A stretch of 64,000 nucleotides of DNA from Octopus sinensis (taxonomy: Eukaryota): contig NC_042997.1 in NCBI RefSeq assembly GCF_006345805.1, positions 64,604,001 through 64,668,000 of the forward strand, in the 5' to 3' direction. Position 1 is the stretch's first letter; each line of letters starts with the position of its first letter. The notes below the pieces were generated by a model, which saw only the letters and a list, made by a program, of their open reading frames with translations, was not told where the DNA came from and made no database searches. The position numbers and the translations under genes were made by a program. This document shows positions 40,804 to 53,476 of the stretch, piece by piece.

Positions 40804-42161
40804 CATCAGTAATATTATTGTTGTTGTTAAGGTTCAAATATCTGTACCAAAACACAAAATTTTAAAATATGGTCATTTTAACAATACTTTTGAAGTTTGA
40901 ATGAATGCTTAACCTTCTCCTTCAAATTACCTTGATTTTTATACGTACTCACACGAGCTGACATATATGTAACGGTGTATGTATCTGCATGTAATTGTGC
41001 ATACGAACGTTTTATATTCTGTTTCAGACGCATATCTTGATCTATTATTTGTCTGCATGATCAAATTGCCGGCCAGCGACAAACCTTCCCGCTACATTGT
41101 ATTTCCATATTTCTTTCGATATTTCTACCATTCGGCCTCCCTTTTACTTTATATGTATATTTTTATTTTTCAGCTTTCTACCATATTCCTCTCTTCTCTC
41201 CTAGTCTTTTTTATATCTCGGTTTTTCTGTATTCCTTCTATTTAATTGCAACACTCCTACATTCAGGCTTCCTTATGTCTGTTCTGCTTATATGTATGCG
41301 TTTGTGGACATGTGGAGATTTCTTTGTGAGTATATGTGATTTATATATAGTTATTGCACTGTGTATATGTGCTTGTATTCACTGTGTATCTGTGAATTTA
41401 AGCTGTATATTTTAACGCGAGCTGCCTAAATAAATAATTACTATGTACTATGTAAAATCTGCAACGATTTTAGGCAATTAAATCCAAGTATAGTGCAGAT
41501 GCAAGGGCAGGGATACACACACACAAAGACGGAAACACGCACGCACACACACACATATGGTTTTACAAGCCATGAGAACATATAAGTCGTGAACTGGCTA
41601 GATGATTTACCTGCAACACGGATGGGTGCGTGATGTTCACCAGCAAAAAAAATGGCAAACCATCGAAATTCATCGCTCCCAAATGGGACTGAGGGTAAGT
41701 TACCTCAACTGTCCATGACTCTTAAGTGTTTTAAAACCAGCGCTTTAAGAGTGTATATACTCCGCCGCACTATTGCAGCCTCCATAAGATACACCAAACA
41801 CACATTAATGTACGTAGTTCGTAACATTTATTGTACTAGTTCTGTTTTTAATTCATATGTACATTTTCTCTTAGGTAAGTAATTTCCAGGCACGCCAGTA
41901 CATAGTTTTAAAAGCTATGAGCATAAAAGTCGTCCATTGGGTAGGTTACTTGTATTGAACCCTGGCGGGTACGGGAGATTGGGAGGCTACAGAATTAGAG
42001 TAACATGGATTTCCATCACTCCAAAGTAGGATTGAGAGTGAGTTATCTCACTTATCCACGATTCTGAGGTGCTTTATCATCTGGCGATTTGAGAGTTTAT
42101 GTACTCTGCTATGCTAATAAAGCCAGCGGGAAGCTCACGAAGAATATATATTAAGTCTATG

Positions 42162-42187
42162 TAATAATAATAATAATAATAATAATG

Positions 42188-42233
<46 letters not shown>

Positions 42234-42292
42234 GAATGATGATAATATTAAGGATGATGATGATGATAATGATATTGATAAAAATAATAATG

Positions 42293-42333
<41 letters not shown>
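42162..42333. repeat. (AAT)n/(GAT)n plus (TA)n microsatellite
   Basis: Directly visible. Confidence 0.9.
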
Positions 42334-42340
<7 letters not shown>

Positions 42341-42349
42341 TGATGAAAT

Positions 42350-42635
42350 CTCCCGTCACATATGTTGTATAGACGCTCCGTGTTTTCCGAATGACCTTCC
42401 CAAAAGATTTCTTTGTAGTAATCGAGTGAATGTGCTGTACATCACCTCACTGCCTCTATGAAATCGACGTGGCGTGAACAGGTGAACGGAGTACCACACG
42501 TCACATGTCGAAGTGATCGCTAAGCAATTTGAGATGGAGTGCTTTGCTAAGAACTCAACTAAACACCCGCTGTAGGATTTGAAACCATGATCTTGCGATG
42601 CTGAGTGCAACACCCTATTAGTAACTCGCACGTGT
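42350..42635 (-). mobile_element. Decayed tRNA-derived SINE
   Basis: Minus strand head: tagggtgttgcactcagcatcgcaagatcatggtttcaaatcc...gttcttagcaaagcact. Confidence 0.6.
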
Positions 42636-42940
42636 TTACTGTGTACATTATATAGCCTTTATCCCCCACTTGATGGAGTGCATTGTTATTGATTCCACTT
42701 CCATAAAAAGTAAATTGTAAATAAATAAATAAAATATATATACATATACTAATGAACGTATGCTTATGTGTATGCGCTATAACAACTTCTTTATTTGGGA
42801 AGAAAACCCGTAAACGATATTAATAAATACTCAGTTGATGTTTGATAATAGATAGAAAGAGATACTTTTTTTAAAAAATTAAATGATAGTAATATATGGT
42901 ATGCTATGGTGTGATGCAGTATCTGAATATATGCATGTAT

Positions 42941-42984
<44 letters not shown>

Positions 42985-43569
42985 ATATATATATATATAC
43001 ATACATGCATATATACACATACATACATATATATATATATATATACATACATACATACACACACATATGTATACATACATATATACATAGTATAAATATG
43101 CATATGCATACATACACAGACACGGTGCACCTATATAGATTCATACTCATACATACTTATTCATATATACTGCATAACAGAATGTAAACATTTTGCTTCT
43201 CTAGAGAACAAATTAAGATTATTCTCGTTTCTCAAATACAATCGAAAATGAAACTGAAAATTTTAAAAAATATTCCCTGGATGATTCATTTGAGACACGT
43301 GGGCTTAATGCTCTGCACTATTTGTCATGATACATGGGAACATGCCTCTCAGTGAAACAATCCCAAAACAAACCTTAATGAATCACACACTCATCTATAC
43401 TAATGTGCAGAACAACTGTAATTTCACAGACGTTTCTGCATTCGTACATACAAACGAATTCACATATTCACAAATTGCAGAAATTATCTTTATCTAAAAA
43501 ATATATATATAACGATCATAGTTTGTACCCGTGTTTGTGAATGTGTAAAAACAGATATGTACAATATAT

Positions 43570-43770
43570 ATATATAGGGAGAATTCACGGAAAAACAAAA
43601 GACGAACACAGGTGGTGTCAAAAACAAATAAATGTATTAGTATAACGCTCGGGAATTGAAAAAAAGTATTTAACGTTTCGAGCCTATGCTCTTCCACAGA
43701 AAGGAACACAGAAACAAACAAGGAGAGAAAAAACAAGGAGAGACAAAAAGGAGAGAAAAATATGTGTTGT
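43570..43770 (-). mobile_element. Short Penelope-type element next to (TA)n with a minimal HHR variant
   Basis: Similar layout to 38265-38457: pyrimidine-rich leader, HHR, (TA)n at the 3' end. Confidence 0.5.
43669..43702 (-). ncRNA. Minimal hammerhead variant (A6 changed to U)
   Basis: TTT-CTGTGGA-A-GAGC-atag-GCTC-GAA-ACGT-T-AAA. Confidence 0.55.
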
Positions 43771-45164
43771 GGCTACCGATCTATCATGTGTGTATTTATA
43801 TATATGTATGCATACTTGTATTGTCTTAATGTTGAAGAAACTCCTTTCGCTCTCAGTTCCGATGTTATGCGCCAATTGTCACTTTCTATAGCCTTGTATC
43901 TACCCATACGCTGTCCGTGAACCTGAATGGATGGAAATTGCATAGAATCCCATTATGATTCATTCATCATTATTGCACAATAGCAACCTTGCCACAGACT
44001 GTACCATGATGATTCTATCAGACAGTTAGCTTCAGAATAAATTTGCCCGTGGAATAATCAGCTATGACTACACAAATTAATTGCATCGTCGAAACTGTCA
44101 AAGAACCATTACAAACATGCACTTCTGTATACATATACATACATATACATATGCTTTTTATTCTTTTATTCATTCTTTTTTTAGTGATAGAGACAAATGT
44201 TCTTTAAATTACATCTCTATCATGGGAAAATCTCTAACTAATTGGAACGCAACACGCCGAAGTTAATTATTGATATTTTTCTCACTATTTTGATTTACAC
44301 CCACACACGTGCAGGCGCGCGCACGCGTGCCTATATATGTATATATATGTGTGTGTGTATTTATATATGTGTATATAATATGAATAGATGGATACATACA
44401 TATATGTGTATGTAAATGTTTTTATATATTTGTGTATGTGTATCTGTATATGTTAATATATGTGTGTGTGTTTGTATGTATGTTGTATATATGTATATGT
44501 ATGTATCTTTAACCTACATATGTGTGATATGGATATGAGTGAGCTATAGAGTAAGGAAAGCCAATTTGATTTGCACCCTCTCATGTTTTCAAACTATAAT
44601 TTCGTCTGAGAATTATTTCATGCAAAATATTTTAACTTTCTTTTCAATGAATAATGAACTCAGATATGTTTTGTTTTATGTCTTGTTTATTTCTGATTTT
44701 ATCTCCTGTTAGTTATGTCTACACTTAACTGCTCAATACATATTTGGGTCAAATTTTAATAATATTCACGGAATTACGTGCACCCATAAGCTATCACAAT
44801 ATCTTGTCATCCAGTATGAAAACCATGCAAACAATATAGAATATGACTTGAAATCTTGACTAAAACTACATACTGTACTGACATCAGGACATTCAATGCT
44901 GTATAAATTACGGTTAATCAAATTAAAATCTCAGCAAGCTGAATATACTGTGAAAACTACATATCAATTACATCAAGAACATTTTAAGAAATATGAAAAT
45001 GACACCTTCTTAGTGAAAAATCTTCTTTTGGGAGTCAGGCCTTTTTTAAAAATAATTAATGTATCTCATCTCATAGTCGAAAGTTCCGTTTATATCATTA
45101 GATATCATCACAAGCTAGATCAAGAAGACATGGAAAAAGGGTTCACTCTTTATACTACCTAATG

Positions 45165-45285
45165 CAGGTGCAGGGCTATAATATACTTCATTGACCCCAG
45201 TACCCAACTGGTATTTAATTTATCGAGCCCGAAATGTTGGAACACACAGTAAAACTCGGAAGCGTTTAAACTCAGCATTTTAGCA
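45165..45285 (-). mobile_element. SINE-C fragment
   Basis: cattgaccccagtacccaactggtatttaatttatcgagcccgaa. Confidence 0.55.
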
Positions 45286-47639
45286 GCCGCAGTAACAATT
45301 CTACTTGCTCCAATTCTTAGTTATGTAAATATTTCTTATATGCTGTGAACAATGGTGTACATCATTTAATGGATTAATTTCTATGGTAACAGGACATGAT
45401 TGACTGAGGTGAATATCCCTTGCATACATAAAAGCATATTTTGAAGACATTAGACAAAATGTAAAAGGTCCTGCTAACCAACACAATGTATTTACAAATA
45501 CGTTTATTGAAACAAAATACTTTGTTATCTTTTATTCTACGAGGCAACATAAAAGCTTAAAATTCAGTGACATTATAGGTATTGACAAAGTTATAAGGAG
45601 TTGAGCCAACCTCATACATAACTCTCCACAAGCGAAATATAAGAATTCAGCATCACACTTTTGAAGAATAGAACTAAGACTATATACCGTCGAAAAATCA
45701 GAAAACTAGCAATTATTTGTTTACGACTTTAACCGCAAGAATAATATTAATTCTAACAGTAAACCGATTCCTTGAGTAATTAACAGCATTGACAACACCA
45801 ATAGGGATGCACCACAAATAATAAACCCACAATACAAATCATACCTTCTGAAATATTTCAGAAATCTGAACTAAACATCTACTTAAGTAATTTAAGAACA
45901 AAAAGACTCATACTTACACGATCATCCAAACGTCTATAAAACGTACAAAAAGCCTCTTGTTTTCATGACATCACAGCCACATCGCCATGATAGTACTCAA
46001 AATTTGTTTGGCAAGAAATCCAACTCTTTTTAAAAATTAACTGCTTAACTGGCTGTATGTAAATCTCATGATAAATTTGTAGAACATGAAAAGACTTCCA
46101 TAACTTGACCATGATAATCACCAAGGTTAAAACAGACACATAAGACACAAATATTAGAGATTACACGCAATTTCTCCATATAATTTCTTTGAAATTTACT
46201 AACCCATGAAAAACAGGCTGAGTCTTAATACAATAATCCAAATTGTTTCCGTACACCATACAAATATATTAAGATGAGACACTCTCAGAAACAGTAGCTA
46301 CAAATCCCATATGCTTACTGTGTCAAACACAGATAAATAATGACACTACCACAAATAAGTGCAAGATAACAGCAGATGTTGCGCTCTGACCGCATGGACT
46401 TGATTTGCCTCTACGCTTATCATCAGCAAAATATACCTGTGTAAGAGTACAGGATGAATTGACAGCGGTTAGAGCACATCGTGTTTAGTCTTTTGCCATG
46501 CATTTCATCATATTCATCACAGGAAGTATGTTTCTGTAATAAAGGAAGCCATTTTATAAAACCAAAATGTAACTTTAGGACGAATATATTTTTGGTACCA
46601 GTTGCATGTTTCTATACGACTATTTGATCAAATTAATGATCAGCAAAAGAAAAAAAGGAACAAAAAGCAACACGTAATGGCATTAAACTGGGTGGCAATT
46701 TAATCTGAGAATTTTGGCTCCATAATACCCGATTAGCAGTATCCAACAAAACTAGTTTTTCAATTTTTGCTAGCAATGTCAAAGAACATTCGATACACCA
46801 GCCACCACAATTAACAACAAAAACATGCTACACACAAAGAAGACCAAAATACTGAGAGTTACATTCAACTGTACACGATTCATAAAAGAGCAGTGAAAGT
46901 AATATCACGCGCAAACATCCTTACAGCCATCGTGCAAACCCCATTGGGCCAAGGGAAAGAATTATTAATAATAGTGTACAGACATCACATTAAATGCGTC
47001 ATGTAAAAGGTAGCGTGACTTTCAAGCATTTCGTATAATTAAAACGTACTAAATCATTGGTCGTATGACAAATTTAAGTTTGTAGACGATATTACTTGTA
47101 TAATCTCTTTCTAATAAATCCGATTTAATGTTATTTATATAAACGAATTCTACATCGGTTTCTCAAATTTATACTAAACGCTGAGATATGAGAGTAAGCT
47201 TAAGATATAGAGATTCAATCTCTAAGTTTCATTTGGTTGGACAATCTTAGATTACACTTATTTTAATCTAGCAGAACTTGTGCCACTTCCGCGTTAATAA
47301 ACGGTCTTAATTCTATTATGTTATGTATAAACTTATGACGTTATTCCATTCCGTTGGCGATTTCAACTGTCCTCAATTTTGGTATTTTATTCCACTTGTT
47401 ATGTTGCGTTATATTGTTCAAATATTATTCGATTCTGTTCTATAGTCAAAGCGTGGCTAGTGATTGTATGTCGCAGCAAGAAAATAATATTACAAATAGT
47501 CATATTGTACTATCTATGAAATTTTTTAATATTTTTCGAGAAACAGAATTCCTGGTAGGAAGTACTGGGTTGGCAATTATGTTCCTGCAGTTTTTTGTTT
47601 TTTTTCATTTGGGAATTTATTGTGATTCAAAATTTTGGA

Positions 47640-47797
47640 ATCTATTTTTTTCTAGAATTCTATTTTTAAACAATTTTGAAATCTGATTTGTTTTATGTGT
47701 TTTCAGTTAATTTTAGTTAATTTTTTTTTATTTTTGTGTATATACATATTAAAATGGAATTTCAAGTTAAGAAAAACGAGCATTTTTGACACCTTCA
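47640..47797 (+). mobile_element. Mariner 5' fragment
   Basis: atggaatttcaagttaagaaaaacgagcat (MEFQVKKNEH); reverse-complement match to 33524-33610. Confidence 0.6.
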
Positions 47798-48004
47798 GGG
47801 CTACATGACCTGAAGAAAATTCTAACAGGGCTTCACCTGTAGATCCATGCACTGATTATTTTGATATACGTTCACCATGTCATGCCCATATGGTTGAGAT
47901 ACATGTATACTGCAATCAGACGAGTAGCAATGATGTGTATATTGAGCTTTCTATATTTGTATCCCAGTGTTATTTTGATGGCATGCACAGCTCGCTCGCT
48001 CAAT
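47798..48004 (+). mobile_element. Diverged 3' part of the 39387-39922 element
   Basis: gacctgaagaaaattctaac...ttgatggcatgcac.gctc.ctc.ctcaat followed by an (AAT)n tail. Confidence 0.65.
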
Positions 48005-48066
48005 CAAAATAATAACAAGGATAATAATAATAAAAGTAATGCTACTACTACTACTACTACTACTAC

Positions 48067-48098
<32 letters not shown>

Positions 48099-48133
48099 TA
48101 ATAATAATAATAATAATAATAATAGTAATAGTA

Positions 48134-48182
<49 letters not shown>

Positions 48183-48252
48183 TAACTGTTATTATCATTA
48201 TCATTATTATTACTATTATTATGATATTATTATTATTATCATTATCATTATT

Positions 48253-48350
<98 letters not shown>

Positions 48351-48355
48351 CTTTA
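48005..48355. repeat. (AAT)n followed by (ATT)n: inverted microsatellite
   Basis: Strand switch at ataactgttat (about 48182-48192). Confidence 0.9.
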
Positions 48356-48399
48356 TTACTAACTCAGATCGTGGATTTCAAAGAGAAAGGACGTGTGTT

Positions 48400-51300
48400 T
48401 GTGAGCAGGAAGTTTTTGCGCAAAGTTTACAAATAATATTGTTTTAGCTGAACATTTTTTTTACGATCTTGCTGAGCTGTGCGTTTAAGAAGGATGTTTC
48501 CTGTTTTGAGACGAATTTTCCATTTAAAATCTCCATTTTTTCATTTTCCGATTTCTTTTAAATTTGCAAAAATGTCCTTGGAAAAGAATGTCAGCTCTTC
48601 ATTTTTTCTTGTTTCCCCACCTCTGCTTTTGGAAGACAGTGTAAAAATTGTCTCCATCCACTCCGCGCCTTAAAATGCAGAGTGAGGGACGACATAAGTC
48701 TTGGTAGCACGTGCAACGCTGAGCAACAGAAGGAAAAAGAAGAAAAGAAAAGCGAAGGAGAAGAGGAAAAGAGCAAGGAAATTCAGCTAATGGACGTGGA
48801 TAGCGTCACAACACCTGTGAATCTAAGCCCTCCAACTACCATCGCTCTCACTAACGCATTGAACACTTAACAACAACAACCCAATGCAGCCGTGTTTTTG
48901 CTTCAATAGGAAAACCAAACAAGGAATTTGTAAATACTTCTGTAGAGTCCCTCAAAGAGTACAGAGACATTTTAAAAAGAAAATGCGAAAGATGTATTTC
49001 GATAAACACATCACCAGATACTATAGAGAATACAAACAAACGTACCATAGCGTACAAAACTATATCACTAAAAAATAAACGTTTAGAGACTGCCACAACG
49101 CAAGCAGTTAAAAAATGTTTGCAACCCATTTGGAAAGACGTAACTTATCTGGCAAGGTGTAAGAAATATGTCACAATTGAATTTAGATTTTCTACAGAAG
49201 ACGTAGCAAAATAGCACTCAACAACCCAGTTGAGAAACAGTAAACTTGTTCTAGTTCCAACATACCTGGGACGGCGCGTCACCAAGATAAAAGTCCTGGA
49301 GATAGCACTAGGAATGAACGCTCGCTGGATTGTCACGGCCGATGATAAAAATCAGAATCATCTAAATCTAGAAACAAGGAAAAAAACAACCGGACTGGTC
49401 AGGAATTGTAAATAATGGTCCAAATAAACCAAGATGTTTTGGAACAAATTCCTGACCGATTCACCCTATACCGACTCACTCTATACTAAACATCACTGTT
49501 GAGGTCAGGTCAAGATGTTATCAATGCGGATAGAATAACCACTTGAAAGCTAAAACATGAGGGCACTAGCCCCTTGATACGAGCGCCACCCACACCATAA
49601 CAACGGAAGTAACCCCAACTACAGAAGCAACCCCACAAGCTGACTACAACCGCAACCACAGCGCCTACAATACAATAAGACAGCTCTTGGCAGAGGAACA
49701 AAAAATCAACAAATTTCAACCTGTTGGATCTACATCTTCCCGACTCTGACCACTCAGACATGCCATGCGGAGAGGCCGACAGAAATGAGTGGACAGACGT
49801 CACACGAAAAGACTAAAAAAAATTGCACAACAGTACACCAACAAACAGACAAACAGTACCCTAAGAGAAGCAATCAAAATCACCCGAATACAACAACAAC
49901 AACACACCAACCCTCACGCTTCCAACATCTTCACCAACACCACCACTACCAACCCCACATACACAGCCAACAGTACAAGACACAACAGGGTCAACACAAA
50001 AAAGTAAATGAAAATAACAAAAATAGCACAAACTCATCGCCATATCCACAGACAACACAAACCTGCTATTATACATAAAGAAAAATACAGACATCAAAAT
50101 GATTGACTCTTTTTCCTCCACAGACAACACACCGCCACTACACATACAGATACTTCAAACTAAGCAACATGCATACAACAACAAAAAATCCAATTTCCAC
50201 ATACAGTCGGAGGCTTCAACACGAATGTGTCCAGGAGCCTCTATAAATCATTCGTCATGGAGACCACCACACTCCATTTAAGGAGCGAGACATCTGAATC
50301 GCTCCCACCCCAGACTGCTAACGGTAAGTAGCCCTCTCTTATTTTCTCTTTACCAGCCACTCAAATGGTGATACTCAAAATAAGTTGCATAAATGTGCGT
50401 GGCCTGGAGTCCCCTGGAAACAAGCTCATCTACTGAATGACCTCAGAACACGAGGAATAGATGCAATAGCCATTACTGAATCCAGACTAAAAGAGCCGCG
50501 AGCTTTCATGCCCATTTTCGATGACAACGAAGTCTACGCATCTCCATGTCGGCGGTGAATGGGTGGTGGGGATACCGCGGGATTGTTTCGGAAAGACCTC
50601 GATCTCAAAATAAGGTCAGTTTTGTTGGACCCATAAGGTAAGCTGGTGGTCCTAGACGTGAACGGTAGTAACTATGGGGCCTTAAGACTGATGGCTGTTT
50701 ACGCACCGACAGATGCAGGACAGCTGGAATACTTTAGGCGTCTGGAGGTTCATGGGTACATCCCTACTTTTAGTGTCTAGGGCGATTTCAACACCATATT
50801 AGACGCACAATTGGATTATGTGTGGCTAGCCGATAGGAAAGGGCAATGCAAAAGCCTCGAAAACCTGCGCAGACATTTTCAACAGTTTGACAGGTACCGA
50901 CTGGATTTCCAAAATGTGCCAATGTGAAGATGGGCAAACCGCATCGGAACATCCAGATCGTATCTAGACATAGCATTTTTCCGATCTTTATATAGGGATA
51001 GTATTAGTTGTCCACAATTTCAAAACATCGGCTACACAGATCACAAACTGGTGCCCTGTAAGGTCGACTTATAAGATATGTAGACAGAGCCCCGGCTACT
51101 GGAAGATAAATACGTCACTCCACGCGTGCCAATCTTACAGAGACTGGATTAAAGAGTTAGTTCAGAAATATTTGACAGGGACAATCGTCAACAGTAAATG
51201 GTGGTATAACCTAAAAAGGTCTATCAAAGTAGAATCCGTTAGGTTTAGCAAAGTTTTAACAGTAGAATGAAATATAATAGATGATGATTTAGTGAGAAAT

Positions 51301-52735
51301 TTAGAAGAGGCGCTGAGGAAAGGCATTGCAATTGAAGTGCTGGCAGGAAGGTTCTCTGTTGATCAACACTTGAACGCTAAGCATCAGAGGTAAGGCACTT
51401 GCTCTCAGACAAGAGGGGGCCAAAGCTACCCGATGGACCCGAGTGATCGAGGCGCAAAATGGCAACGAAAGCACCATTCAGACTGGAACAAAATGGGCGC
51501 ACGGTGAACGAGCTGGAGCAGAAATATGTGCGAATTTTCACCAGCATTGTTGTTTAACCGTTCGGGACGAACGATGGGCCTGATCGCAGGATGGAATTTA
51601 ATGCTTACCACGATTGCTTGACATGACTCTCAGCAAGAGATTCGAAGTTATGCGAAAAGCCGATAACAATTGAGGAAATATGAGACGGGATAATGGGCTG
51701 TACGGCGCTCCACTTGCTGTCAACACTCTACGAAAGGTGGGATAAGTATGCAGTGACTATTGATGCGCAGATATTCGCTGAGGCTGCGGCATATCATGCG
51801 TTTTCTCTGACTGAGCTGCAATCTTGGATCAAGCGTAAAATAAAGTTGGGCGTCTCACACCTTGAGTGTCGCCAGGCGCTCGCACTCTTCAGCCAGTCAG
51901 GCAATGCGGTTAGTGGAAGTTCTACGATGGCGTTGTATAGAGGGTTAGTGGTGAAAGGAAACGATTACGTTCTCGGGGAGACTCTGGCGTCGATGAATTT
52001 CAACATACCATTCTGTTCCGGAGGACTTTCCGGCCGGGGCCTATGGCTAACTTCCTGAAATTCCTGGACTGGCAGTGCTACCTAGGGGCTTTGCTTGATC
52101 GAGATAATCTCTACAGGTACGGAAGTACCGTCAGTCGGACGTGTCCGAGATGTATGCAGAGTGATGCAACTGTTCAGCATGCATTCCTCCAGTGCCGGGG
52201 CATATTTGATATATGGGTTTATGTCGAACGTATAGGACGTGTCCGCTTGTTGGCAAGGGGAGGTAATTTTCATCTGTCTCATGGCTGTTGTGAAAGCGGC
52301 TGTATGGTGGTCTACACTAAAAGAACTGAAGACAGATATTTTCCTCTTTGGCCTAACCGTCATCAACTTGTTCCGATACAATTTGAAAAGGAAAGTGAGG
52401 GTTGAGAGGGAAATGCTGACTTCCAATGAATTTCTTGAAAGGTGGGTGAATTCGGCGAAGATAGTCCTTATCAACTTTGAGCATGCACTTTTGAGTTTCC
52501 AATGCTGCGAAAGAGAGAGAGAGAGATTAGGAGAGGGCTCTTGCTTTACTGGTCGGGGCGCTTGTGGGTTTTCGTGGAGTCTCCATGAGAAGCCCTGAGT
52601 TGCTTACCTTCTTTGTAATATTTTCCATTATTACCGACTATTTACACGGCCCTTTACTAACCCTACTTTGTCCTTCGTGTTTTTGAAATGTCCAATCTTA
52701 TTTTTCTGGCCCTTGTGACTATTAAAGAAAGGACT
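48400..52735 (+). mobile_element. Tx1/L1-type LINE: ORF1, APE endonuclease and C-terminal zinc finger, RT domain missing
   Basis: ORF1 VPTYLGRRV and CYQCG*NNHLK knuckle. ORF2 CINVRGL, AITES, GDFNTILD (50781), RSYLD, TDHK, GYWK, KPITIEEI, then directly post-RT sequence and TCPRC...TVQHAFLQC. Ends with attaaag then (ATT/GTT)n. Confidence 0.85.
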
Positions 52736-53434
52736 ATCATTATTATTATTGTTGTTGTTGTTGTTTATGTTGTTGTTGTTATTATTATTGTTGTAGTTGT
52801 TGTTGTAATATCTATGCTAAGGGTGGACATTTATTGATTTATTCAATTTGTTTAGTATTTTGATATAAAATGTATTTAATACAAGTATAAATAATGATTT
52901 CTATACACTAACACGTCAAATGTGGTTATCTATACTCACAGCTATCTGCATGAACATTTTGCATATATAATACAGTATATTACGTCATTATGTGAATATT
53001 CATGGAAATAAATAATCTTGTGGGGGGCTGTCTTCATTCATTTTACATACACATATTAGCATTTAAACTGATTTTGATACTTTGTCAATACATCTAAATA
53101 TGCCTTTTTTTTATTACTTAATTTACATTATTTGTTTTCGCTATCAGTCTACTCATGCTTAAGTGAACTTTATTTCCTGCGGAAACTCATAAACTATTCA
53201 TTATGAGTGAACCTAATTTGATATCAGTTATTAAAGTTATACGTCGCAATAAAAAATAATTTAATATTATGAATAAAATACTATTATATTGCAATGTAAG
53301 TACCAAAATATACCCGAAAGCGCTCTGCCAGACAAATCACAACGAAAACTATTTTAATAAAATTTGTTTGCTATCTGATAAAGCTATGTCATACGAATGT
53401 ATGTATGAACACACACACACGTGTGTATGTATGA

Positions 53435-53476
<42 letters not shown>

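Noticed and set aside
44065-44102. CTATGA...GTC-GAAACTGTC hammerhead-like pattern
   Set aside because: The core lacks G5, stem II would overlap core bases, and there is no stem I.
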